This document shows positions 39,533 through 53,007 of a stretch of 64,000 nucleotides of DNA, piece by piece (the stretch's first letter is position 1; each line of letters opens with the position of its first letter). Both the position numbers and the translations under genes were made by a program. The notes beneath the pieces were generated by a model that saw only the letters and a list, made by a program, of their open reading frames with translations, ran no database searches and was not told the origin of the DNA. The DNA is from Trichosphaerium sp. ATCC 40318 (lineage: Eukaryota; Protista; Tubulinea). The stretch lies in NCBI GenBank assembly GCA_038496445.1, contig JALMLS010000418.1, positions 1 through 64,000 of the forward strand, read 5' to 3'.

Positions 39533-42125
39533 TTATTCATTAGCTGTTAGCCTGTAAATAGTAAATTTGTACGAAGGATAAGCAGAAGGTAATACAAATT
39601 GTGCAACAAAACTATTGCTTTGTTTCTCAATACATAGTTTTTTGATCTTTGAACCTTTAACTTTAACAGCAAATTCTATGTTTAAGAGGTTAACAGTTTC
39701 AATAGCCACAGTAACATTACTGTCTAGTTTTGAAAAACACCTAGAGCAATGATCAACATGTTGAGTAAACAAACCATGAGGTACCACAAAAATCCTGCAA
39801 AGTAATACATACATCTTTGACCACATTCTGCTGTAATGGAAACCAATTCCCTACTTTTACTTCTAATATTGTAAATTTAAAGTTTTCAGGACATTGATAC
39901 AGTACTTTTTGCGTTCAGTTGTGCATGTTTGTATAAACGTTATTGCACTCTCATTCAGCTGCTTCTTGGTCACAATATCACCAATGTACTCATGCCACCA
40001 TAGTTTCTTAGGGTCATCTTTACACAAGTAAAGGTATGATGCGAAAGTAGGAGGCAATTGTTGTTCTAAGTTCTTGGCAATAGCATTATAAGATCCCATT
40101 CCTATTTTACTTGTTAGCATGGATTCTACCACACATTAAAAGATGTCAAACTAATCAAGATGCTTCATACTTGCAAGTATCCATAAATCTTCTTTTGTTC
40201 TTATAAAATACTCTCTACATTGTTTTTGGAGAAATATTTCAATAAGTGCTTTAGGCAATCTTATCTTTTTTCGGTTCACAGTGATAAGAGTGTTCATGAA
40301 TTCACTCCCACCTTCATCGCTGACAATGTGTAATAACAAACGCTGACAGTCTTTATCAGTTGCTGGCTTCAATAAACTACCTGCTAGCTCCAGTAGTTTG
40401 AAAAGATTGACTTTGGAATCAATTACTAATGACTTAAAAAAGTAGTATTGAATATCTTCAGCCAATACCTATCAGCTGGTTAACTAAAAGGATTGACGTT
40501 TTGTACTATATTGTATTAACCAATTACCTTCCCAAGTTTCACAATGACACCTTTGAGAGTATCAAAAGGAAGTTTTGATTCTTTGAGAAGGTCAATCTCT
40601 TTTCTCGAGTCCATACTTGTCATGACATTCAAGAAATGAAATGCGGAATCTGGTGTTTCACCATCAACAAGAACGTATTGGATCACATCTTCTTGTTTGA
40701 AACCGCTTGTGAACTGACTCAAGAAGTACCTAGCTATCTGATCAGAATGAAGTGTCTTGTGACTAGACATTACTTGGTATTTGCACACAAGGTGAAAGTG
40801 GAAGATTTGACTTGGAATATTGGTGTCTCTTTATCAATCACAACAAAAGTAAGATCGCAAACAGATGAAGTGCCATATCTAGTAATACAAGGAAGTTGCT
40901 TTGACTCAATACTATCCATGTCCACCCTATCAGCAATGGTAAGTTTCTGGCACAGTAGTATTGTTGTACTCAATGGATTGTAGAGACGGTAACTCTTGAC
41001 AAAAACGATCAATGTCTGTAGGATCATCTTTGATATTGTGAACCGAGTACCAAATAAACTCAAAGTTTTTAACAGTGACAATGTCAGATTGATTTGTTAG
41101 TGCAATATTCTTAGCCATTAAAAACATAGCTAGCATGCAATCGTGTATAGCTTTATCAAGAGCCACAAGTGCCTTCAATGTCACATGGTAGCCTACTTCT
41201 TTGATAATATGAAGTAATGCCATTGGTTGAAAGTAAGGCGCAGTAGATGTCTAATAGAACATTAGTTCTAATCAAAAATTAGTTAACATACCTTGGCTGC
41301 CTCTACTTCTTTTTGTCTTTGTTCCATTGATATGATCACTTCTTCTTTCGGAAGTATCAAATAATCCCATGCCTTTAGGTACTTATTATTTGTATCATCA
41401 ACACCCAATGGTTGAATGTCATTGTAGGTATCCAAAACATTGTCAACACTACAATGTATTAATAGATTTACCGATTATACACAAAATATTATTACTCTAC
41501 CTGATACAGTTGTACATGCTTTCTTCTTTCACCTTATCAACTGCACTTACAATTGCATGATAGTTCATAATATTGCTCTTATTGAGAGTAGACTTTGCCT
41601 TAAACAACAACCTGGTACAATTAGAAACACGTGATTACCACTTCACCACCTCACCTTGCTGTAACATGTCGACATACGTTATAAACCGTCTCGTACATGC
41701 CTTGTCCAGTATGTGTTATACCCGCTTTTCTTCCGATAGTACGGAGGCTATAAAATATCCAGAATTTATAGATGTTGATCTCACCATAGAAACAATCATG
41801 ACGAGAAGCCAACAATTTCTCTTTTTCTCTGGTTTTTGATATTTGTGGTTTCATTTTGTCTATGGCGTTTAAAAACGCTTGAAACGAGAGCTGACGCGTG
41901 GTGTTTGAGCATAGCGAGAGTTTTGCTACATCAGCAAGGGAACAAAGCTCAAGGACATTTTGTCTGACAGAAATGTCTGAAAGTAGCGTAACTACTTCAA
42001 TTACACCATCTACTCAATATTTAACGACTATCACTACTTTTTTTGGTAAAAACTGAATACAATAACGTACTCTCTTGTTTTTTAGGCGCTTTGGCATTCT
42101 TGGGAGTGTTCCCACATGTTTTCAT
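39533..42125 (-). CDS. Uncharacterised family with an N-terminal F-box-like motif, copy 1
   Basis: Paralog of 42786-45413 and 61297-63933 with shared intron positions and motifs (APYFQP, YHVTLKALVALDK, DGETPDSAFHFLN, LCKDDPKKLWWH). F-box-like segment LLSDISVRQNVLELCSLADVAKLSLCSNTTRQ. Confidence 0.75.
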
Positions 42126-42785
42126 TCCTTCGCTAGCAACAAATTACAAATTGACAAAACTTGACGGATGTGCTGTTAGCGCTTAGCCTGATTTTTACGG
42201 AATATGAAGTTATTGCTAGTGTTAGGGTTAGATTGCCCCAACACTTATCTAACACTTGGATGGTTTGTGAATATAGGTAGCCGTTTGCAACTCTGCAAGC
42301 TGTACCATTAGTGTATCCTTATGGAGTACTTAACGAACGCATAGGAACAGAAGTCACGTGTGAGCTACAAATCGGGAGTGCTCTTCTATCTTCTGTGAAG
42401 CTTTTAAAAGGAAAGTCACTTGGGAATTTACACTTCATTTTGATACTGAGCTCTCACAACACTTTGTCGTTTCGTCACATGTATGTTTAGAAATCTATCT
42501 ACAGAGTGAGGTGTTTCTAAACCCTCATCCTTTGTTGGAGTTCTATCATTTAATCTGAGTAATATTAAATAACGCCGATTAAATTCTTTGATGTGAACTC
42601 CTAGCAATATGTGCACATGCATAATATTTCTAGACCCACGTAGGTCTGTGAAGCCTCATGACCTATACACATACATGTAAAAGTGTCAGTACCGTAGTTA
42701 GTCTTAGATTGTGGCTGTTTTAAATCCAAGTCAACAGTTTTCATGGCTTAAACTCAAAATCAGAATATTAAAAATCCCGCTCTAA

Positions 42786-45413
42786 ATGGAACAAGCTATG
42801 AATCCACGTGAGAACACACCAACATCTACCAAAGCGACCAAAAAACAAGTCAGTACGTAAATACTGCCTTTCAGCCTAAGGGCTGTTGATTTCCACTATT
42901 ATCCGATAATACTTCGATTAGACGGTATCATTGAAGCAAAAACAGTAAATGGCATACTTACAGACAGTTCTGTGAGAAAAACAATTTTTGACCATTGTTC
43001 CGTTAATGACATATCCAAACTCTCATTAACATCAGCTCTCTTACGACAGTCTTCATTTTCAGCGTTATTAAATAAAATGGCTGAGATAACACCTCAAGTA
43101 ATTACAAAAGGGAGAGAAAAAGAAAAATTGCTAGCTTCTCGTTATGATTGCTTCGAAGACAAACACACCTATGAACTATGGATATTAGATGGTCTCCGTA
43201 CTATTGCAAGAAAAGCAGGCATAACACATACTGGACAAGGCATGTATGAAACAGCCTATGAGGCATGTCAATACATTACAGCAAGGTGAGGTGAAGACAG
43301 TTGTTAATTGAGTTTAATCACGTGAGTGATTCTAATTTTAGGTTATTGTTCGAAGCACATTCCAGTCTCAACTTTGGCGCTACAGATAGGGTAGATATTA
43401 TGAACTATAGCGGAATTGTGAGTGCAATTGAAAACGTGAAAGAAGAAAGCATGTATAATTGTCTCAAGTTGTGTAATACTTCCGATAAAGCGTTGCTCTC
43501 TCAGGGTAGTATAGATAATGTACCAGATACTTATGATGACGAGAAAGCATTGGATGTTGATGATACAAACAATAAATACCTGAAGGCATGGGATTATGCG
43601 ATACCTCCTAGTACAGATATAGTCATATCGCTGCAACAAAGAAAGAATCAAATGGAAGCAGCCAAGGTATGACATATTATGTTCAACTTGATTTTAATGT
43701 TCTATTACCAGGCATCTACTGCGCCTTACTTTCAACCAATAGCCTTCCTTCGCATGATCATGATAATGGGTTACCATGCGACATTGAAGGCACTTGTTGT
43801 TCTTGACAAAGCCGTTCATGATTGTATGCTATCTTTGTTTTCTGATGCTCGAGAGATATCGTTAACAAACCACTCTGACATTGTCACGGATAAAAACTTA
43901 CAGTTTGTTTGGAACTCAATTCACAATAATGAGAACGAGCCCTGGAATAGTTTCCAGTTCTATCAAGAGTTACCGTTGCTACATGAACCCAAAATTGAGT
44001 ACAATACAACTTTTGTAGTTGACAAGAATTTAACGCTATTTACAGGGTGGATCTAAGTACTATTGAGCTAAAACAGCTCCCTTGTATTGTTAGATATGGC
44101 AACTCATCTCTTTGCGATGTGACATTTGTTGTGATTGATAAAGAGACACCAGTATTCCAAGTCAAATCTTCAAGTTTTACAATGTCTGCTAATACCAAGT
44201 AACGAAAATATTCTTAATTCTCGTTTGTTGATTGGACTCATAGGTACTTCTTGAGTCAGTTCATAGGTGGTTTCAAACAAGAAAATGCAGTTCAATATGT
44301 TATTGTTGATGGTGAAACACCAGATTCCGCATTTCATTTCTTGAACATCATGACAAGTGTGGACTGGCGAGCTGAGATTACTATGCTCAAAGAATCAAAA
44401 CTTCCTTTTGATACTCTCAAAGGTGTCATTGTGAAACTCGGTCAGGTACCTGCTTAACAATAATAACTTACAAGTCAATCAACACATTCCTTTACTGAGA
44501 TAGCTGATAGGTATTGGCTGAAGATATTCAATACTACTTTTTTAAGGCATTGGTAATTGATTCCAAAGTCAATCTTTTCAAACTACTGGAGCTAGCAGGT
44601 AGTTTATTGAAGCCAGCAACTGATAAAGACTGTCAACGTTTGTTATGCTGTTTTTCCAATGAATATAAACAACGCTATAAGCTCCTAGACTGCCTTATTC
44701 GCGATGGGAAAAAACTGCATATTCCTAAAGCCCTTCTAAACTTATTACTTCAAACTAACATACTAACAACTACAGACATGTGGATACTTGCAAGTATGAG
44801 AATCCGTTATTTGTACTTTGACTAACATTATTTGACTCAATAGGAATGGGATCATATGACGATATAGCCGAGAAATTAGAGACAAAATTGCCTCCTACTT
44901 TCGCATCATACCTTTATTTGTGTAAGGATGACCCTAAGAAACTATGGTGGCATGAGTACATTGGTGATATTGTTACCAAAGAGCAGCTTAACAAAAGTGC
45001 AATAAGGCTTGTGCAGGCTTGCACTAGTGCTAAAACCGACAAGTAAGTGACACTCGCTTCTAAATCCACATTAACATCTATTAGTAAAAAAGAAAAACTG
45101 TGTACACGGAAGGTCACATTTAAGGACAAACAATGCTATACTATTTATGTTGAAGGCTTCATGTGGTATGTACAAGCTTTTTGTTCTGTAGTCTAATCTT
45201 TTATCCTCAAGGCGTGTCATTAAAATGGGCGATAACATTATTGTATCTCTTTTAGCTGATAACCTAATGCGTATAGATTTTACTGTAATGGTCAATACTT
45301 GCAGTAAAAAAATGTGTGTTGAAGTATGTAACAGTACCTGTGTTGTGCAACTTGTTACACCCATCTCGTCAAACCTGAAAGAGCAATCAATTCATTTTTT
45401 TGGACTGACATAG
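42786..45413 (+). CDS. Uncharacterised F-box-like family, copy 2 (head-to-head with copy 1)
   Basis: Same motif and exon order. ILTDSSVRKTIFDHCSVNDISKLSLTSALLRQ. Confidence 0.75.
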
Positions 45414-45646
45414 CTTGTATTCAATAAATAGCATCCACGTGGAAAGAATAAATAAATCTGAGACAATGTATTTACTAAGAGAAAAAAAACCAAAACGATG
45501 AAACTAAATCTGAGCGGACATAAATATAGTTTTATTTTACCTATTTACAACTTCGTCTTTACTTACTCTACGCAATCTATCCACGAAGTGTAGTTGCTTT
45601 AGCTACATCCAACTGAGGCTACATTGTCTAGTGTCGTATAATTAAG

Positions 45647-47967
45647 TTACAGATCTACTACTCTAGGTGACTCATCCGTTGCTGTTGTTACATCCGTCGT
45701 TACTTCTGAAGCGACTATACCCTTTTTTTTTGAACTTTTTTCAAGCCCAAATAGTGTTTGTAGTGGGTCCACAAAAGATGTTATTATCAGAGTTCGAAAA
45801 GACCTACAACTGGTATCAGTATAAGCCTTTTATATTCATATGTTACCTCGCAAACATGAACTCAAAGAAAAGAATAATACCACTTCCTACCATGTGCATG
45901 AGAAACTTGATTAAGTTAAAAACCCATACCTCCTGTTCCGAGCAAGAATATCAATGTTGCTGGTACATTCACTAAGTCCTTGAAACAAGCATCTATGTTG
46001 CCTGGGTTTTCTAATGCACACTTTCCAAGGTTACGCTCAGGTCTGTCAAATGCTGTTTCTGTGTATCCTCTGTAACTGTTTAAAGGCGTTAGGAAAGGAA
46101 ATACGAAATGATTCGTACGCAACAATAAAGATAACAACACTGAAGTACATGACAATATGTCCCAAAGCAAGGTTTCGTGTTTCATCTCTTTTTGAGTGTG
46201 CGGCCACATCTGGTTGCTATTAATTAACACTTTAGCTTTTATGCATGTATTGAAGCTACTACGTACTGTGTATAGATAAAATATCAAATACAAGAAGCAT
46301 CCAACACCAACGAGAGTGGCTGGTACAATAGGAAAACCGAAAAAAAGAAGCCATTGCCATGGCGTTTTTCGTGATACTAAGAAAATAAATCACGTGATCA
46401 TTTACACAAAAAGTGATCGCTCGTACTGAAGCAAAAATTAAAACCTGGTACTGCTTCTATGTTACCAGTGACCAATCCAATAAAAGTCAGTAGTCCAGGT
46501 GCACCCCAGATAGTACAATACACAAACTTTAAAAACCAGTTAGGAATAGTTCGTTAATTATTGTATAATACGTACCACTTTATAATGAAACGGAAACTCT
46601 CCACTAATCAGCTTGACACCCCTTTGTACAATATATGCAATGTTTACAGCCATGAGTACCCACCCGAATACAAGTTGGTTTGCAGCAAATACGATTATTG
46701 TCCCTAGAACAGTATTAGCGTAATCAAGGATTTTGAATATTGCTTCTGAAATTTTACCTTGGATAGTACACGGTATATGCCATGAGTGAGCCAGACGTGC
46801 TCTGTTTTCGCAAATAAAGAAATCAGGTGATATTGATGCAACAAAGACGCAAAGACCAACAACAAATGCATCGCCTGTAATGATAGCGAAGAACTGAGTT
46901 TGAAACTTTCTGAATCTGAAATCATAGATATTAGTTTAAAACATCACGCTTCATCACTTACTTTTTGCTTCCGATGAACAAGTAGAAACAAAAAGCTGAT
47001 AACAGCATACCAATACCACTAAGAGCAATTGAAAACGTATCTACGAGTTTCTGTGTAGGAGCTAATATAGAAGTAAACAACTACTGCAATAACGCCATAT
47101 TTTTTGGAATTCTCTTCGTACGGGAAAAAGCAGGTGGAGGGCACGCATAGCATGGTGCTTCGTCTAAAATTATTATTAAGTTTGCTTTTTATAGCTATAA
47201 ATCTTACTGTAAGACACTTCTTTCGTCTTAGGATCTGGGAACAATCTCGGTGGAAAGCAAACCAGTTCATTCATCAGATGTGCTAGAACAGAATAAGTAC
47301 TAAATCTTGATCTACCTGGATCAACCGTACAGTAGTTACCATTGTTGCTGTGGCACGTGGGAGATACTCTAGTTTGGTCCTGGCAATCTGGAACCAGGCT
47401 GTCACCAACAAGTGGTATAAAGGCATTGCAATACGTTATGGCATCTTCGCACGTGTTTAGGCATGGTCGTTGTGGAATAGATCCATTACATGTTGGAAAA
47501 GCAGACCGACATGCAAATAAAACAAAAGCTCTCTTGCACGCTAGGCCACCTATGATGTTCAGAATGTCTATGCCAGTGAGATCAATCTCAAGTTTACTAA
47601 AAAAGGAGTTAAAAAGGAATTTTGATTTGAACATTAAAACTATGTTTCTCAAGAGCTTGTGGTTTATCTTACGCTTGAATTATCGCTTGAGATAAGTTTC
47701 CGGTGAGAAATACAACAGTATCGTCTGTCATGTATTCATCGCATCTACGAGAGTAGGTTAAAACAAAACACGTGATTAATGAGAGTACAAAAAATCTACT
47801 TTCTGCAGATATTTGTACCCTCGCTTGCATATTGCGTAAGAGAGCCTTAAGGCTTTGATCTTTTTTTTCGCGTACCTGTGTGGGGTCCCTGTTATGTTCT
47901 TAACGTAGGGCGTACAGATTGATAGTACGCTAACTACGGCGCACAATAATAAGATGTAAATACGCAT
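45647..47967 (-). CDS. Frizzled/Smoothened-like GPCR (CRD plus 7TM), copy 1
   Basis: Signal peptide, Fz cysteine-rich domain (ACKRAFVLFACRSAFPTC..PCLNTCEDAITYC) and multiple TM exons. Confidence 0.8.
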
Positions 47968-48309
47968 AAGGTGCTAGAGTATTGACAGGAAGTATTCGTA
48001 GTCACTTATATTACGCGGTGTGAGTTATTTTGTAGTTTTTATTTACAAAGACTCCTAATTGAAGTTTTAAGCCAAAAAAAGTCACAAAATAAACGCTAAT
48101 AAGGAGTTAATTTAGTGAAGGTTACAATACATAACTACCGTGGTATCCTACATTCAGATTTATTGGTAATTTATCTTCAAACTTTAAGCGTCAATGCGCT
48201 AAAAACCCTAAAAAGGAAATACTACAATTTTACAAAAAATCTGCAATACGGCAACAATTACTACTACGAGTGGCTCAGTAATAATAATAACATTGAAAAT
48301 TACGTCAAT

Positions 48310-48745
48310 AAAGTCACATGACGAGTTCTGTTTTCAAATTAATAATCAACAGATGCAGACAGATTTATTTAAAGGGTACTAATAATGTTCTTGAACAAAA
48401 CCGAAAAAGGAATTCTTTCACGTAAAAACACGAGAATCTACAAACAATAACATGATATTGGCTAATATCAGTCGTACGAGTACTGCTTCCCTTTTGAGAT
48501 GATGGCTTTGAAAAGAATGCTTTATTTAATTTGTACATTGATTGGTTTAAATTCTGTTCTTTGGTCTTGCTAAGATAGCGACGAACAGCACAACCAAGTA
48601 GGCTACTAACACCGCTCTGATTTTCGCACTATCGTCCTTTATCCAACAAAAACTACAAATCTTGTCAACCGTGTAGGTCATAACGTAAGAAGAATCTCGT
48701 ACAGATAATTTCTTCGCTAGGTGAAAGGAAACAACTAAGACCAAA
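48310..48745 (-). pseudogene. Internally deleted relic of the GPCR gene at 51396-52777
   Basis: Collinear blocks similar to about 51190-51330, 51667-51680 and 52061-52213 (for example atccaacaaaaactacaaatcttgtcaacc). Confidence 0.75.
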
Positions 48746-48829
48746 AGCCATTATTTATGCAGGTTGCTTCAACTACATCCAACCGAGGCTACATTGTCCT
48801 CTATCTTACAAATGAAGTTACAGATCTAC

Positions 48830-51108
48830 TCAAGCTGACTCATCCGTTGCTGTTTGTACATCCATTGTTGCATGTGAAGCGACTAAAACCCTTGGTTTTG
48901 AACTTTTTCCAAGCCCAAATAGTGTTTGTAGTGGGTACACAAAAGATGTTATTATCAGAGTTCTAAAAGATCTACGACTGGTATCAGTATAAGCCTTTAT
49001 ATTCATATGGTACCTCGCAAACATAAACTCAAAGAAAAGAATAATACCAATCCCTACCATGTGCATGAGAAAAATTATAAAAAGATAAAAACCGTGCCTC
49101 CTGTTCCGAGCAAGAATATCAATGTTGCTGGTACATTCACTAAGTCCTTGAAACAAGCATCTATATTGCCTGGGTTTTCCAATGCACACTTTCCAAGGTT
49201 ACGCTCAGGTCTGTCAAATGCTGTTTCTGTGTATCCTCTGTACCTGTTCAAAGTAAATAGTCAAGAAAATAAATGATTCGTACGCAATAACAAAGACGAC
49301 AACACTGAAGTACATGGCAATATGTCCCAAAGCAAGGTTTCGTGTTTCATCCCGTTTTGAGTGTGCGGCCACATCTGGTTGCTATTAATTAACACTTTAG
49401 CCTTTATGCATTGAAGCTACTACGTACTGTGTATAGATAAAATATCAAATACAAGAAGCATCCAACACCAACGAGAGTGGCTGGTACAATTGGAAATCCG
49501 AAAAAAAGAAGCCATTGCCATGGCGTTTTTCGTGATACTAAGAAAATCATAAATCACGTGATATCAATTAAGTAGTCATGCCACATACTGAAGCAAAAAT
49601 TAAACCCTGGTACTGCCTCTATGTTACCAGTGACCAATCCAATAAAAGTCAGTAGTCCAGGTGCACCCCAGATAGTACAATACACAAACTTCAAAAATCA
49701 GTAAGGAATAGTATGTTAATTATTGCACAATACTTACCACTTTGTAATAAAACGGAAACTCTCCACTAATCAGCTTGACACCCCTTTGTACAATATATGC
49801 AATGTTTACAGCCATGAGTACCCATCCGAATACAAGTTGGTTTGCAGCAAATACGATTATTGTCCCTAGAACAGAATTAGCGTAATCAATAATTTGAATT
49901 TCGGCTTATGAACTTTACCTTGGATAGTACACGGTATATGCCATGAATGAGCCAGACGAGCTCTGTTTTCGCAAATAAAGAAATCAGGTGATATTGATGC
50001 AACAAAGACGCAAAGACCAACAACAAATGCATCGCCTGTAATAATAGGAAAGAACTGAGTTTGAAACTTTCTGAATCTGAAATCATAGATATTAGTTTTT
50101 TAAACATCACGCTTCATCACTTACTTTTTGCTTCCGATGAACAAGTAGAAACATAACGATGATAACAGCATACCAAATCCACTTATAGCAATTGAAAATG
50201 TGTCTACGAGTTTCTGTGTAGGCGCTAATATGAGTAAACAACTACCAGAAATAACGCCATATTTTTTGGAATTCTTTTCGTACGGGAAAAAGCAGGTGGA
50301 GGGCAAGCATAGCATGGTGCTTCATCTAAAACTATTAGATTGGTTATATGCGGGTAGATATCTCACTGTAAGACACTTCTTTCGCCTTGGGATCTGGGAA
50401 CAATCTCGGTGGAAAGCAAACCAGTTCATTCATCAGATGTGCTAGAACAGAATAAGTACTAAATCTTGATCTACCTTGATCAACCGTACAGTAGTTACCA
50501 TTGTTGCTGTGGCATGTGGGAGATACTCTAGTTTGGTCTTGGCAATCTGGAACCAGACTGTCACCAACAAGTGGTACAAAGGCATTGCAATACGTTATGG
50601 CATCTTCGCAAGTGTTTAGGCATGGTCGTTGTGGAATAGATCCATTACATGTTGGAAAAGCAGACCGACATGCAAATAAAACAAAAGCTCTCTTGCACGC
50701 TAGGCCACCTATGATGTTCAGAATGTCTATGCCAGTGAGATCAATCTCAAGTTTACTTAAAAAGGAGTTAGAAAGGTTAGATTTAAACATTAAAAACATG
50801 TTTCCGGTTTACGCTTGAATTGTCGCTTGAGATATGTTTCCATTGAGAAATACGAGAGTGTCGTCTGTCATGTATTCATCGCACCTACGAGAGTAGGTTA
50901 ATACAAACACGTGATTAATGAGAGTACAAAAAATCTACTTTCTGCAGATATTTGTACCCTCGCTTGCATATTGCGTAAGAGGACTTAAACAGCCCGTGAT
51001 CTTTTTTTTCGCGTACCTGTGTGGTGTCCCTGTTATGTTCTTAACGTAGGGCGTACAGATTGATAGTACGCTAACTACGGCACATAGTAATAAGATGTGA
51101 ATACGCAT
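48830..51108 (-). CDS. Frizzled/Smoothened-like GPCR, copy 2 (tandem duplicate)
   Basis: High nucleotide identity to 45647-47967 over exons and many introns. The stop falls four codons earlier. Confidence 0.8.
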
Positions 51109-51395
51109 GAAGGAGTAAGAGAATTGGCAGTCACTGTTACCCTGAGAAGTTATTTAGTTCGAAGTCACCAATAATAATTTCAAAAAAAGTCACGTGACCA
51201 AATCTTCTAGTTCAAATAATCAACAGGTACAGACACATATTTATTCAAGTGTACTAATAATGTTCCTGAACAAAAACGAAAAAGGAATTCGTTCACTTAA
51301 AAACACAAGAAACTACAAACAAAAACATAACACCAAATATCAACCGTAAACTAGCTTTGAAAAAATTTGTTTATTATCGCTTACAGTGTGATTGT

Positions 51396-52777
51396 TTAAT
51401 TCTCTTGTCTGATCTGTCTATAGTATCCGAAGACCTCAAGCTCTTTTATTATTATTTTATATGTTGCAAAGGGTTCATATCCACAGGTGGTATCATTGTG
51501 TAAGTACAGTTGATATTTCGGTTTTCCTCCCTTTTTAATTTGTAAGAGAATTATAATGACTTTCAACACGTACGACAAGACATCCTTGTAATATAACTTC
51601 CTGATGTGTAAAACAGCATATCAGCGAACCCAATCAATGGTCTTAATACAACGATGAAAATCATAAACCAAGTAGGCTACCCCTTTTTTAGCACTAGGAA
51701 TCAAAAAGAAGAATGTACCGGTTGCTCGTCGATCACCTCAAAGACTAGATAACGAATAGTAGGTCCTGACCATATAGTAAGAAGTATTATAGGATATCCG
51801 ATAAGCCTATACATTGCTAACTTCCTAGCAAGTGAAGCCTTTGAGTTTATAGGAGGATGTTTCTACATAAAAAATATTAACATCATTCAATGAAAAAATA
51901 CCTCTGTCGACACTTACTGACAGCATCTTACGCATTTGGATTAGTATTAGGATATTCAAAACAAAGATTGAGGGTACAGTAATAATAATAGGTATCCAGT
52001 AGGCAATAAGTTGCCATCTACAAAAGCAGTCAAAATCAAACAAAAAATAAAACAAACAAACTACTAACACCACACCGATTTTCCCACTGTCATCCTTTAT
52101 CCAACAAAAACTACAAATCTTGTCAACCTGGATTGTGATTCATAAGGTAAGGATCTCGCACGGATAATTTCTTCCATAGGTTTCACCTATGAAAGGCAAA
52201 CAACTAAGACCAAATCCGAATACAATCATCACCAAAAAATATATAATCTCTTTTGCCGCTGTATCCCTTCTATTTTTATAATGTTAGCAAGTGACCAAAA
52301 AAAACACGACACGTGCATTTTCCATCTTACAAAAATATACACATTAATTGAAATCGTAAGAGAAATAAACGGCTGTAGTAGTGTTATTGAGTTCATAAAA
52401 AAAGCCTGAACGACGCAAGCCCCTAAAGAAGAAATATTTAGCCAAAAAAAACGAAGAAAAAACACTAAACGTGTACAATTGCTATCAGACGTATGTTGGA
52501 ATACCCACGCCGTGCTTATATCAACACAAGCTATAAGGTAGTCTATTACAAACACTTGAAATACGAGTCTTTGTGCGGGTGTAGCGAAACGTCTTTTAAT
52601 TATGATATAAACAAGCTAAATCACGTGATTATTTGTTTAATACTATGCTACTATTTCTGTACTTACAACAACGGTACTAGCTATCAACGACACACATCCA
52701 GACGCTAGGTACGCATAGATCGTCGCCATTGGATACTCTGTGCCAGGTAGCTCTGTAATAGGTGGCTCTGACGCCAT
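51396..52777 (-). CDS. cAMP-receptor-like/family-2-like GPCR
   Basis: Short N-terminus and TM exons with ACVVQAFFMNS..LTISINVYIFV, LSCLPFIGETYG, CSFCWI, YWIPIII and YLVYDFHR-type segments. Confidence 0.65.
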
Positions 52778-53007
52778 TTTATGGTTTTGGCGGCTTCCTA
52801 CGCGTTATTTTTCTCCTGTGATTTACCAGTATGTTCCAGCGTATTTATACTGGTGACTTAGTTACAATGACGTTTAGTTCTACCACAAAATGATGACCGA
52901 ACTCGATTTTTTTTGCCTTACACATTTTCGAGAAATGTTGGATTGAAAAGTTAAGTTGACTTTCTGCCATGTTTAAACTGGGCTAAACGCTTTATTTTTA
53001 CTATAAC

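Noticed and set aside
42428-42622. Short ORF between the head-to-head F-box-like genes
   Set aside because: It is 64 aa with no motif or consistent exon model, so it cannot be told from chance.
43990-44070. Apparent conserved programmed frameshift at GWI-stop (also about 62500-62560)
   Set aside because: A GT-AG intron at the same position in all three paralogs restores the RVD(L/M) frame.
39533-45413. Large inverted duplication read as a TIR transposon
   Set aside because: The arms are diverged intron-containing paralogs. I found no terminal repeats, target-site duplication or transposase.
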